A DNA stretch of 60,699 nt, the filler included, from Sphacelaria rigidula (lineage: Eukaryota): the NCBI GenBank assembly GCA_964200075.2. It is 6 parts of 6 records of this genome, joined end to end, with 100 filler letters (N's around TTAATTAATTAA, not from the genome) between each part and the next. Parts side by side here need not be neighbours in the genome. Positions count along the whole stretch, not along the records: positions 20,269 to 30,301 come from CAXNAA020007285.1; positions 30,402 to 40,434 come from CAXNAA020007286.1; 4 more parts are not named here. One strand, 5' to 3'. This document shows, piece by piece, positions 24,725 to 36,931 of this stretch (its first letter is position 1; each line of letters begins with the position of its first letter). A program made the position numbers and the translations under genes. The notes beneath the pieces were generated by a model. The model had not been told where the DNA came from and ran no database searches. It saw only the letters and a program-made list of their open reading frames with translations.

Positions 24725-24791
24725 ACGAATGCAAAGAAGACAGCAAGATGATTATCTCGCATCACGTAGCTGACTGCAACAATCCAGCTCG

Positions 24792-25825
24792 TCACTGCGT
24801 GTTGGTAAACCCGGGCTCAATATCTAGGATGTTGCGGTGTGCCTTGTGCTTCTTATGTATCGCCTCGATCCCGGTCTTCCCTTCGGGTACGTCGCCACCT
24901 GCGTTTTTGATTTGCGCCATCTCACGGTACGCCCGGCAGTAGTCTCGAGTGCGTCGCGCAAAGCCTCGTACTCTGCCCAGCGTCAAAATTGCGATGCGGC
25001 AGAGGGACTTGACGATATTAGCATGTAGGTTTTCTGGCACCTCGTCATTAATCCCCCGCCGAAAGTGGTGCTTCGATATCCCCCATGAATATTCGATCCT
25101 AACCCCTGCAACCTCTGGGTAGCACTTGGGCGACGGCACCAGAATGTAGCCACGGCTCTCTACGGTGTGCTGCACTTCCGTTCTCTCGTCCCGAAAACCC
25201 GGTGACTTCCCCAGGACGGTGGCCATGTTCTTCTCCGGTGCCACCTTCTCTCCCGTCCCCATCTTGTCCACCCACAATCCGCGCTCCCGTAACACGTGCT
25301 TTGTACCCTTCGCTTTATCAACGTAGCCCTCTTTTATCCACTCCTCCGTTGCTTCAATTACGCTAGTTGCTCCCCCCGATCTCCCTCCTTCTGTAACGAG
25401 AGCGCTCTCTTTTTTCGATGTCATGTCTCGTACCATTTTCGTGTCTACGGTGGGGGCATCCACATCGTAGGAAGGTGGGGGGTCACCCGGCTGAAACGTC
25501 ATGCGTTGTGTTTGACCGACGGCGAGCTTCTTCGCCGTAGGTGTGGCTCCTGGGCTGTTCTCTGTGCTTCACTTTCGTCCGGATTAATACATGGTCGCCT
25601 GCGCCGTACCCAAACAGCCCTCCGTCATTATTGTATCCCGTAGTATCTTCGGCTTACCCCCGTATTTGACGTTCATGTGGGATGTATGCAATCTATCCTC
25701 GCGCTTTTTCGCGTGTCCCGCAGAGTGGTCCACCTCAAACACTATTTGCTTGTGTTCGATCACCTCTAGAACATCCATGACATCAACCACCTGTTGCTCA
25801 AACTGTTCGAACCCGCAATAACCAC
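24792..25825 (-). pseudogene. IS630/Tc1/mariner-like DDE transposase, C-terminal part, pseudogenised
   Basis: ORFs 25584-25844 and 24792-25502 share one frame, separated by two stops; motifs FEVDHSAGH, MNVKYGGK, KGTKHVLRERGLW, SPKCYPEVAGVRIEYSWGISK; the 5' part is interrupted by a repeat at ~25835. Confidence 0.8.
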
Positions 25826-25834
25826 TTTTTTTCA

Positions 25835-26280
25835 CCGAAAACAAGGTGTCGCGCCCCGGGGTAGTCCAAGAAACATGTGTACAAAGCTCGGCAGCGAAAC
25901 TCGAAAACCTCGCACAGTTTTCTTCACATTAGCGTCTAACGTACCCGACAACGACGTTTTGATACTGAAATCAAGTAGTTGAGAGTTGGCACGTTCGAAG
26001 CTCACTTGTCGGCAAAAGCGCAAAACTTCACGACGTCCTCGGGATTTGGACGATAAACTCTCGCTCACTTTAACGGTGTAGGATTTCACGACTTTTCATG
26101 TACTAGTTTTTCGTGACTCATTGATTTTCTACCGGTTTTCGGGGGTACCACGGGGTCCTTGTTGGGACCCCCAAAAACCGGTGAAATATCGGTGAGGAAA
26201 ACAAAAGTCCACCACAAAAAGATTTACAGTTGCGCATAGCACATTTGTGCATTTTTTCAGGATCTTACTAACGGAGCGTG
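25835..26280. repeat. Non-autonomous DNA repeat family E
   Basis: gtagtccaagaaacatgtgtacaaag...tactgaaatcaagtagtt shared with 45820-46745 and, inverted, 40535-41170. Confidence 0.75.
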
Positions 26281-26908
26281 AAGTTTGCGTATGGACATTT
26301 TGAGGGTGATGATCGTGGACCCACCTGTACCTCCTCCCCAAACACCCTCACCCGGGAGGGGTGTTGCTTGACTTGTTGGCCGTTTGCGGGCGGACTGCAT
26401 GATGCTTCTGAACGCATGGCATGTATCACCAAGATATGGACACCCTTGCTACGTACCCGTAGTACAGGCAGGAGCACCACCGTCCGTATGAGACAAGACA
26501 GAACGGTGGACACCACCCCAAGGAACGTCTCTACTCTCCCATTTCTGGTGAATAGTGGACCAAATCTTCACGTGAGACATCATCAATGCATTGGAGATGT
26601 TTCTACACAGTCGTACATGCCATGCAGTACTTTTTCGACACCCGATCATGTCTTTACGGAAGGAGGAAACCTAACTCAACACTTACCCCGCAAGTGGCTT
26701 CGTGGTGTGCCGATTACCGGGAGGCTCGGCTAGACTGCCTCGCGGTTGTCATGGGGGGCAGGCGTCTCGACCGTTCGCAAGCTTGTTCAAGGCAGTGTGG
26801 GGGTTGCGCCCATTAAAACTCTATATTAACTTGGCGCAGTGCACGCGCCGCTATGCCTGTATGACCTTCGGCCGTGGTTGATGAGGTCTTGAATGTACTG
26901 ATGAGGTC

Positions 26909-27839
26909 TCAAATATACTGAAACAGCCGGGAAAGGTCTGACTCCCAATCAATCTGGCCTTCCATTAACTGATTATACACCAACAAGCTACCCCCGTCGA
27001 GGATAAGGGAGAGGTGTTCGTAGGCCAGGACATCGCCGTAAGATGGGTCGTTGGGGCGTACAGATTTAGCGTTGAAGCCAACTTTAATACGGTAACTACT
27101 CAAAACTTCGGGAGGGTCCGGGGAAGGTGATTTTCTTTTACAGTCCGATTTGTTTTTTCGTTTGCCACGTCGTGTGACGGGGGACGAAAAAGTAACGGAT
27201 GAAAAGGTGTGCGTAGACGTGGTTGAGTATAAATATGGAACGGCGGGTTTGAGCCCGTTCGACCACATACAGACGGTAAAAGCTGTCCAAGCATCATCTG
27301 TGCCAGGCGCCCGTTTGACGGCGGACTCGTATCTGCGGAGGAGTTTACGGTACCGGGTTACGAAACCCTGTACAGATTCCGTTGGTAACTGAGTAAAGGT
27401 TGCAATTGCACGAGCGTGTTCTTGCACACCATTTGCTGGCATGAGCAAATCTAAAAATGCAGACGCCAACTGCTCCCAGGTGCGTGGGGTTCGAATGAAC
27501 CTTTGAAACGCACATCATCCGGCGTGACGCCAATATAAGACACAGTCGGACAGTGAATGTGGCTTATCCTACCCGGACGGTGTGTGTGTGTAGGTTGTAG
27601 CTTCTCACTCGGTGAAGGGGTACGGAGTGTGCGGAGCCGTGACGTGGACTTGAACAGGACGGAATTTTCAAGCCGGTTTGGGTTGAGGTACAGAACTGAC
27701 AGAGCGGGGGAGGCATCCGAGGGGATACCTCCCGAGACGGGAGGATGACAGTCCCAGGGTGACAGATCCGAGAAGACGGTTCGGGTTGACTGGCCCGGGT
27801 TCATAAGTAAGCGGGTCGGGTCATACAGAGGTCATAACA
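26909..27839 (-). mobile_element. Ty3/gypsy LTR retrotransposon remnant: 5' LTR (~27839-27534), PBS (27532-27523), deleted or rearranged gag
   Basis: Minus strand TGTTATGACC... LTR start, followed by tTGGCGTCACG (PBS-like); TWEQLASAFLDLLMP...QLPTESVQGFVTRYRKLL...NGLKP fits the Retrotrans_gag pattern. Confidence 0.7.
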
Positions 27840-27989
27840 ACATACCCGAGCAATATTAACCCTCAATTTGTGATGAGTTAAAATGAATTGGCCAAGACCC
27901 GTTGGTTCAAGTGCGGGAACTTCACTTGGCCTATGCCAAGCCTGACTCGACCCAACTTTGGCAACAAATATGTGTACCCCCAATGGTTC

Positions 27990-28119
27990 GATAGCATGGG
28001 TTCTGTGCACTTGTGAGATGTTTGATGTGGCCGTGGTGGTGCGCTTCCCCGAGAGGATAGCATGGGTTCTGTGCACTTGTGAGATGTTTGATGTGGCCGT
28101 GGTGGTGCGCTTCCCCGAG
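27990..28119. repeat. Exact 66-bp-period tandem duplication
   Basis: gatagcatgggttctgtgcac...gcgcttccccgag occurs at 27990 and 28056. Confidence 0.95.
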
Positions 28120-29059
28120 GTGCACCGTTTCACAGCGGAGCAAGGCAATGGTCACGAGAGATCTTGATGGGTTGAGCAGACAACATACCCGAATGGGGCG
28201 CTGCATTGTCATGGGGTTTATCAGTCATTCAGATGTCACCCGCTTGTGCACAGCTCTATCTGAACCTTCTCTCTGAATCCCAGCTCTAGGCCCCAACTAT
28301 AGACCTTACAATATGAGCCGTGGAGGGTTTTGACTCGGCTGAATACTGGCTACAGAACTGGTTCCCGGACCGTTCCTCTCGATACCTCCTGCTGAACCGT
28401 ACTAGCTCTTATCAGGCTGGTTGACTCGACGTATGAGATGTGTATGTACAATACATCATCTGCACAGATTCGATATCCGGGTTGCCTTTTGTTGATGACA
28501 CGCCTTGATACCCCGAAGTGGAAATGGGAAAGTTTCAACGGTCATTTTCTAATAAGGAAGGGTTGAGGTCGCAAAGGGCATTTCGGATTCGGCGTCTCCA
28601 CCAAATTTCCTGTCGGACGTTGTTTTTTTGTCTCGATTTAAGCCGGAATCGAGCAGGCAAGACTTCAACCTGGAGTAGCATGGAAATGCCTCCTAGCCCA
28701 GTCATTTGCGGCAACGGTGTACGGTATTGAAGCTTGCTGCACTGGTGAGCATGTGTGTAAGCTATGGATATCAACTTGAGTTGGTTCATCAGATGCTGTG
28801 TGAGTACAGGTATTGTTCAAACTTAACCGCGTGTCTGAGCACAGTAAAATGCAGCTGAGGCTTTAACTAAAATCGACATAACCACGGGGGTTTTACCGCA
28901 CATGGCTCTTGCTGGCCAAGCCAAGCTCTCTCAGACTCATGCTACACCGGTGCATATTTTTGCTTGACGTCTTACTTGAGGCAGATATCATGCAATTTCC
29001 GTACTTGTAGTATAAAATCTGTTAAGCAGCCACTTTCTGGGTCAGGACACATACAGGGG

Positions 29060-29400
29060 GATGATTTTGTAGGAGACGTTTGCGCGAAGGGGCCAAAGTT
29101 GAGGACCCGTTAAAAATCAGGGAAATAATTGAACCATGGAGCATGTCCTCCTTTACTGTACTGCAGCACAAACACGCTCATGCTCTCTTTCATGTGCTGT
29201 AGGTATTACTGTTCTGTGGTGTGTTGAGACCTTACGAAGACGGTTTGGTCTCCGCCGGGATTGCTTGAGCTGCTGCATTGTCGTTGTGTTCGTTTTGGGG
29301 GAAAATAGTGACAGTCGGCAGGCAGTGCTGTTTGCACGTTGAATGTGGAAAGCTTCATGGTGTATTGGCTGTTTCATCACCCGTGACACAAGCGAGGTGC
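29060..29400 (+). repeat. Interspersed repeat family F
   Basis: ttgaggacccgt..aatcagg...cgaagacggtttgg...cagtcggca aligns with 53810-54170 on another contig. Confidence 0.7.
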
Positions 29401-30301
29401 TGCTCAGACCCATCATTCGCGAGAAAGCCAAGTATGGCTGGGTAAAGACGCACAACCAGCGCCAGTATACACCGCTCGACCGGCTGGTCCAGTCCCCGTG
29501 CTTGGCTGAAAAGAGCAACCCACAGCACAGGGCGGGTATACTACACCGCCTGAATACTGACGGGCACCCTGCAACATGGCGGTCGCCGCTGTGGCTCGAG
29601 GCCACGAAAAAACACAGTCAACCATACTAAGATGGGGATACACCGATGAACGAGCATCTCATTGACCCCCTGCAACGGCAATGTACCACTCGCCTTCTGC
29701 TTGTGCGCTTGCTGCTTCGCTTCTCTGCTGCTTCTCTGGTCCGTCCCGGCGCGACTACTGTATCTACTCATGTACTGTCTGGAGTACCTACACCGCAGAT
29801 GTGACTCAAGTCTGCGAGCCGATTACGAGCAGTCATTACTACACGATCACTACCGAGGTCGTATTTCATTGGGGCTAGGTCCCCCTGATTCCTTACTGAA
29901 GGGCCTCTGAGTCGCTGAAGCTTCTATTTCACTGCACAAATCAATCCCCATGTATGGGCGTTGTGCCCCTTCTGTGATGTCGGAAAGCCAGTACAACACG
30001 TTACAATCCGTGTTGAGCGGGGGGCGTGTACTTTGCTCAAAGTCGATGACGCTTCGACCTCTGGTATTTGCAAGGTCATCGAACTCGTGCCACTTCGTTT
30101 CATTCGCGGAATGTATGTACGTATTCCCGTCCAAGCTTTTTGCAATGGGTTGCCCATCGTCCGGAAGTTATGTATACCTTTCTTGTTTCAGGAGCTCCCA
30201 CAGCACGGGAGAAGATTTCTGCATTTGATTTTTTTTTTTTTCCTTGATGGAAGGAGGAAACCCAACCCAACACTTACCTCGCTGGCGACCGAAACGATCG
30301 C

Positions 30302-30401
30302 NNNNNNNNNNNNNNNNNNNNNNNNNNNNNNNNNNNNNNNNNNNNTTAATTAATTAANNNNNNNNNNNNNNNNNNNNNNNNNNNNNNNNNNNNNNNNNNN
30401 N
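30302..30401. other. Artificial contig-joining spacer
   Basis: Same structure. Confidence 0.98.
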
Positions 30402-30551
30402 TTATACTAAAACCAAGTGATTCCCCGACGAATCATCGATTTGTCCGACCCTTGCATCGTTTTCCAAAGTTAATCCCTCGAACGCTTCCTGCGACGCTCG
30501 ACAGTATGAAACGACGTGTCATCTCTTTCAAATATGTTGATGTTACGATCG

Positions 30552-30766
30552 TTTCAAGATTGGTATCGCTGCTGCCACGACGACGTCATTTTCCAAACAT
30601 ATCTCGCCGCACAGCGTTTCTCCAGACTTCAGAAGTCAAATCGTTTACGTGGACTACTTGTTCGAGATTGGTATCGCTGCTTGCACCATGATGTCACGTC
30701 AAAACATTTCTTGCCGCGCAGCGTTTCCCCAGACTTCAGAAGCCAATCGTTCACGGGGACAACTCG
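30552..30766. repeat. Diverged ~108-bp tandem repeat (2 units)
   Basis: agattggtatcgctgct...gcgtttc.ccagacttcagaag occurs twice. Confidence 0.8.
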
Positions 30767-30809
30767 GGCCGCTTAAAGCTCAGCTATATCTTCTCAGACC
30801 CGCACGTAC

Positions 30810-30857
30810 TTTTTTCAATCGCGCCATTATTTTCGCAGGCGAAGCTCCAAGCAAAGC
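30810..30857 (-). CDS. Unknown repeat-domain protein, exon 8 of 8 seen (ALLGASPAKIMARLKK)
   Basis: tctctcgcAG| ... |GTACGT, 48 nt, phase 0. Confidence 0.55.
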
Positions 30858-31315
30858 CTGCGAGAGACCGGAAGTTGTTTTATCAACGAGAATTCAAAGA
30901 CGAACGGCCGACGGAGGGGCATCGACAGAACACGAAGATGGATCCAAGTTACGGCCGCTGATGGACACTCTCTAGTGTGAAAGGCGGTGGTTGTCGACGA
31001 AACTCAATGTGATATCGCGAACGATCAAATAGAGCAGCGTGCCCTGCCTGGAACTAGCACAATAATAAGGGTCGCGATCACCTCGGTACCAAGGAATGAG
31101 CGAGCAGGAACGGCGATAGCAATATCCCCCGTCTGTGAAGCACCGGGTCTCCAAAACCGATGATGTGGGCAGCGCTCCGGCGAAGCGCGTTCGATTGAAG
31201 CGTTCAACAGTAAAGTCTCTGTCCCTTTCTGAACAAATTGCATTTCGACGCCAAAACCTACGCTTTTATGCAACCACTCGGTAGGTCCATTTGTCACCTC
31301 ATCTGACGAGCTCAC

Positions 31316-31555
31316 CTCGTCGAAGTCGTTGTCTGTAAACTCTCGGGGAAGCGTGGGTCGTGCCCCTGCCCTGTGGAGCTCCTCGTCGTCTTCATCGAGC
31401 ATTCTTATTCGGCGTTCCATGTCTTCGTACGACAAGGGGAATTTGTCCTTGGGTGGATCCTTCTGGGGTAGCTGCAGGAAGCGCGGAATCATGTCCATGT
31501 TTTGCATTAGGTAGGTCATGATGAGGTGCTGAGAGATGTACAATGTGAACATGTG
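31316..31555 (-). CDS. Unknown repeat-domain protein, exon 7 (HMFTLYISQHLIMTYLMQ...PREFTDNDFDE)
   Basis: ttcactgcAG| ... GAG|GTGAGC, 240 nt, phase 0. Confidence 0.75.
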
Positions 31556-32267
31556 CTGCAGTGAATACGTATGCGGTTAGACCCTAGCAATCGTCATAGC
31601 GGCGATGAAACGAGAGACCCTCCAAAGACGAACTCTAGCCCTCGCCCTAGCTGTGGCACGACACCTGGGGATTGTCTACGTGATCGCCGGGATGACTTTT
31701 TCTCCGCGAGCTGCGGTCGGGGCACCATGTGTTATTATATTCTAGCAGTGCTCTCCCCGCGATCACGGCGATTTCCAACTCTGTCTTTGAATGATTGATT
31801 GTCGCACTTTATTTGACCCTCCAGGGGTCCAACCGTGGTCTCAAGAAACACGAAACTGAAACACGCTCTACAGAAAAAAAGGAACCAGGGAATAAAAAGT
31901 CGAACAGAACGACATAGCAGACTAAGTTGTAATAAAAAAGACAAGAAGTCTGAGGAACAATTTCTGAGTTCCGCAAGCGTGGACGTCATCGACACAAGCG
32001 ACCGAGTGGGGGCCTTCACATCTGTGAGCTCGCAACAGTCACGAGCTGACAAGAAGCCTTCCCCTTTAACTCATTCGCTTCAGTCTGCCCGACGCGAAGG
32101 GGTCGCGTTTCGGTTGCTTGGAAAATTAATCACAAGGGGTAGCGCTCCAGCGCGCCAGGTCGTGCATGAATCCATCCGCCACAAATCTCTGTCTAGCCGA
32201 AAACTTTGGCTACGATTCACCAGCGGGTAAGCGCTCGGTTCCGAAGTATGCATTCAACGCCAGTTAC

Positions 32268-32809
32268 CTTTGCTACATCTTCAACCTCGTGCCCCCCAGT
32301 TCCCACTCCCCCGTTATCCCCGAAGCCGATGCTCCGCCTCCGCGCCCCACTTCCCAGTCCTTCCTCCCACTCTTCTTCCTCCCCGTCCTCTCCAGTGACT
32401 TTCGACCCTCGCCCAACACACGTCAGCGGTAGTCGTAGAGCAATCCCTCCCCTGGTCCCTTCTGATACCACTACGATTCTGTCTGCGATAGACTGGCAAA
32501 GTTGTTCCACATCTGTTTGGCTTTCCGCACCCCCCCCCCCGCGCCATGCGACATGAACGTTTTACTGATATTCGCCTTCCTGGAAGGAAGCACGTCGAGG
32601 TTTTGACTCTCTGCGCCATCGACCCCGATTTCAGCGGTTCTTCCGGTGTCTCTTGGTAAGGGTGGGTCTACAGTGGCCGCGGGGTTTGTCGAGAAGGGGT
32701 TGTCCTCGTTTGCGAGTGCGCGTTGGGATTGGCTCGGCCCTTGAAGATCGGTTGAAGATGGCGGGTTAAACTCGGGCCATAGACTCCAGTCCTCCTTGTA
32801 CACCGTCAC
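32268..32809 (-). CDS. Unknown repeat-domain protein, exon 6 (apparent 1-nt frameshift in C11 run at 32530-32540)
   Basis: cctcgcgatAG|VTVYKEDWSLWPEF...DVEQLCQSIADRIVVV...EDVAK|GTAACT; 542 nt, one short of a multiple of 3. Confidence 0.65.
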
Positions 32810-32852
32810 CTATCGCGAGGAAAGAGGTTGAACGACGCGCCAATGAAACGCG

Positions 32853-32875
32853 TTGTTGTCGTTATTGTTGTCGTT

Positions 32876-32929
<54 letters not shown>

Positions 32930-32930
32930 G
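32853..32930 (+). repeat. (TTG)n microsatellite
   Basis: Seen directly. Confidence 0.95.
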
Positions 32931-33221
32931 AGAAAAAGAGTGCCGGTTCAGCTTTTTGAGCACCCACAATATGCTACAGCAGTAGGCAGGCGTGTGTGCC
33001 CACTTGCCACACCTAGAACCCTGGCCTTGCACACAGGCCCATGAAGTCGAGACGAAACAAGGCTCACGCGTAATATCTTCATTTTTCAATAATTTCGTCG
33101 CATCACAAGAGGTGTGGATCATCAGCGATCACTCATCGGAGAAAAAACATATGTATGAGCGTCATGATCAAGCCAGAGTGGCACGACAATACACCGAACA
33201 CTGCGATAGCGGGCTACTCAC

Positions 33222-33274
33222 CAGGTTGGTCATTCTCCAGCCCATCGAAGAATCCCACCCTCGAACGATCATCT
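33222..33274 (-). CDS. Unknown repeat-domain protein, exon 5 (EMIVRGWDSSMGWRMTNL)
   Basis: Donor CTG|GTGAGT; acceptor tttcAG (alternative acceptor gives start at 33284). Confidence 0.6.
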
Positions 33275-33605
33275 CTGAAATGTCCTGCTTAATCGGAGAT
33301 GGATATACGGAACGACGAACGCGTGTCGACAACGTCGGACGTAGGACAACAAGTCGTGTGGAACATTATATAGTAACCACTCTGCTTCGGTGTCTTGCGA
33401 CCGTCCTACACATCGCACTTTTGCATGCAGCTATGTGTGTAATATGTATCCTCTCATTGTCAACCTTATGCAACAGCGTACAACAACGTTTTCGTGAAAT
33501 TGAGAGTCCAGGATACGATTGAGAGTGAGAAGCGGCCAATTCATGAATGAAATGTTTCAGTCCCGGAATGCTCCCCCACGAGACCCGATACACTTCTGTA
33601 GTAAC

Positions 33606-33671
33606 CTGCCACTAAAGTCTTTGATGTTCCTGAGAAGGATATCGACGTGTAGCTGTGAGCACACGACAGTG
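33606..33671 (-). CDS. Unknown repeat-domain protein, exon 4
   Basis: Strong acceptor ttttttccctgcAG, weaker donor GTTACT; 66 nt preserves phase 1. Confidence 0.45.
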
Positions 33672-33879
33672 CTGCAGGGAAAAAAAAAACACCCACAAAA
33701 TGAAAAATTGGTCAAGGCGAAGCGAATACTGAAACTCACTCCCAATCAACGCTAAATTCTCAATCTCACGAGAACATTGTTCTACCTAGGTACGACGCTG
33801 TACACAATATATGCCCTGTGCCAAAAAGTACCCTGCGCAACAACCAACCCCAATCACGTGCTACTAGCCGCAGCTTCAC

Positions 33880-34167
33880 CAACATTTCGGAAACAAGCCA
33901 GTAGCATCGCGTGTTTTCCGAACCGTCGCATGCCCTTCCACACAATCCTGAAGTCGTCCATGGAAATATCTGGTCCTGTTTGGTTGTGCCTCCTGAAACA
34001 TGTCCCCCCCTTGCTCAACGGACTTGACAGACCGGGCCGGGGGAGGCTTAGGCGGATGGGCGGGGGGAGCGGCCCAGGCGCAAACACAAGAGAGGCTTTT
34101 GACATGTCGACGCGACCTTTGCGATCCGCCTCCGGAAGTTTCAGCGATATACCCTGGGTGATGTATG
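33880..34167 (-). CDS. Unknown repeat-domain protein, exon 3 (YITQGISLKLP...IVWKGMRRFGKHAMLLACFRNV)
   Basis: cattgctcAG| acceptor, phase matches the upstream exon; donor position less certain. Confidence 0.65.
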
Positions 34168-36145
34168 CTGAGCAATGAGACCAAATGTGCATGGAACGGG
34201 AGCGTGTTCATGAGCGAGGGACAGGCCAGGGGGGAGGGCTGAGCGATGGAGTGGATCAGTTCACACATGTATGAGCTCCCGTGCGATAGCTGTGATACTC
34301 ATTCCAGTACTGGCCTGAGTACAGAGAGGTGAGGATACCATCGAGCCTCTCATAGAGGGCTGTTGATAAAACAACTGAAATCAACGATTGAGACATACGA
34401 AGCCAATGCATACAGCGCTAGACGTAGCGCTAATGCTTACCCAATACAGTCTTCATGATATTATCGTTGACTCTCCACCAATCACATGTGCTATTTAGTG
34501 TTGAACTATAGATCTTGGCTGTTTCCCAGACTCTGTTGCCCTCGCGATAGTCACAGGAGAAACTCAATCGAAACATGAATGTCCTGTTCTCTTGGGGTGC
34601 GTCAAATCATGGACCAGTAAACAAGTCTAGTTGCCACCGCGCACCCCTGCGTGTCGAACGACACGGGGTGTCAATTTTCGTTCGTGTTCAGGATGAAGAC
34701 ATGCAAGAGCACCCTGAACATCACATGATCATGTCACTGATTCACATGAAGACATCGTTAACGTTCATACGAATATGAATTCCCGGTGTTCACTATGATT
34801 GTTGTCGTGTTCACGTGAGTATTCAAGACATGAGTGAGCAACAGCACCCAGGTGATCACAACCCGCTGGGAAAACCGGGTTGACGAATTCTCCGGAGGGT
34901 ACATTACAGGATACCTGACAAGCTGTTACTGCAGTTTCAGACTGTAACCGGATGAAATTATCGGTCGTTGATTACTTGTTTATTCTAGAGCTCAAGTGAA
35001 TATCCACAGACTACAGTTATGGTAGGTGGATCATGAGTTTATGTGAACAGGTGCTGTGAGCAGCACATGACCCCATAGGCGCCGTAGGTATCCCTTATTC
35101 AGCATAGTAGAGCTCACCATCATGATCAATCAATACTGAGCTCAGCCTACGGGCCCTCCAGTGCTTTAGCATGGTATACATTTAGACTATGTGCGTTTGT
35201 AGGGCGAAAAATAGATTCCATGTACATTTGTGGGGTGTACGTTTAGGGTTCGCCACATTTATAGGGCATTCATATGGGTTGATGGATGTTGTGCTCAAGC
35301 ACTGCCATGATTTCGCCCGTGCACTCCGTCTTCAGCGGGAACTTACTTGAGACGAGAAAATCCCCAGCGGAGGCAGGGGGCTACGGGGGAAAGATTTCGG
35401 GACAAGTAGGCCCCAAGGTCGAAAAATTGAGTTTTTGAGGGGGGGGGGGGGGGACCCAGTCTGCTGTCCCTTAGTTTATTGCCGAGGCATTGGCGGACGT
35501 GGTCAGCTACCGTGTACAGAGATCCTTGGCATGGAGACCGCTAAGAATGGCGGACACGCCGCGCTCCCCAAGCTTATCACTTACCATGATTACATTTATG
35601 GAATCATGTTTCGTGTCGTGTGCCTCGAGTACCTATCAATAGCCCGGGCAAGTTTGGCGAGGCGTGAGATATTGTTGCAACTTTGGCTACAGGCTGTCGC
35701 TACCGTGCGCTCGTGTACGTACATATGCGTGAGCGTGGCCGGCATCTAAGGTCATCGGGACAGATCGGGGAAGGAGCAGAAGAAGCAAATATACGAACCC
35801 TGCAAAGTCTACTAGACTTTTTATTTTTTTCAGTGTTTATTGACGAATTTCTTGTAACAATACCCAGCAAAAAATAAAATCTGGACAATTGCCGAGAAGA
35901 TGCCCTCCGGGAGGGAGGGCGGCGGGGGAGGGGGGGGGCTCCGTGTCCGAAAATCTTCTCCCCGTAGCCCCCTGGCGGAGGTCAATGTTTTCGAATGTAT
36001 ATCGTCCACATGAACGATGGATAGTGGGGACCCGTGGAACGGCGACTCGCTGGCCCTTTTGAGCGCACAACCCATACCAATTTTCCGAGCTAAGCGGTAA
36101 GTGTTTCACAAAAATCGTCCGCTGGGGGCTAATACCTTGAGATAC

Positions 36146-36314
36146 CTGCGAGCCCGTCGAGATCTGAGGCAGACATCGACGAAAGGGGCGAGAGTCCGAG
36201 CGCTTCCCACCAGCCGCTGCGAACCGTCATCTCTATAGTTTCCACCGCTTTGGGGTCGTAAACGCCGATGTAGATCGCTTCTCCTCTTGACACAACCCAG
36301 ATTCCCATCACCAT
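36146..36314 (-). CDS. Unknown repeat-domain protein, exon 2 (MVMGIWVVSRGEAIYIGVYDPKAVETIEMTVRSGWWEAL...)
   Basis: gttttcgttgtgtAG| ... GCAG|GTATCT. Confidence 0.7.
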
Positions 36315-36809
36315 CTACACAACGAAAACACAATGGATAACGCCGCCCGTACATAGGTTTGTTCACCCAGTGGGGTGTGTCGGGATCAAGAACCTCCCGT
36401 GGCCATCGCGGGATGGCGCGCGGCGAGTCGGATCCTAATACAGTCACTATGAGCCCGTCGTTTCAACTGAGTTGTGCCATATTCGGCCTTAATGGGCATG
36501 AGTAAAAGCACGTATGTGGTAGAATAAGCATGCAGAAAACTGGTTCAACCAAAGGGGACTCTTTCCTTGCGTTGTATTCGTGCCGGAGTGGTACCATTGC
36601 TCCGGACGAGAATCGGTGCTGGCCTCGTCTGCTTGCCCAAATGCAGGAACTCGACCATTGCACGATTGCTGTGCGTGTGGTGGGTTTCGCACGCTGTGCC
36701 TACCGCTCTTGTTTGCCAGATCTCACTTAGCATAGACGAGTAGCTAGAGAACATGATTGGGTGCTTCACCTACGAGTAGCGATGAATCATGTCAAACTGT
36801 TCCCCCCAC

Positions 36810-36931
36810 CTTTCGACCGCTCATGCGGGCAGCAGTAATGAGTATGGGCTTTTGACCCCTCTGCGGCCGAATGATTTTGTACAGCTCAGCATGACTCGGC
36901 TGTACACGCCAAAATCGCAGCTCTGTTAGAT
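36810..36931 (-). CDS. Unknown repeat-domain protein, exon 1 of 8 seen (LTELRFWRVQP...ILITAARMSGRK)
   Basis: ttgttccgctctAG| ... AAG|GTGGGG, phase 0 into the next exon. Confidence 0.6.
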
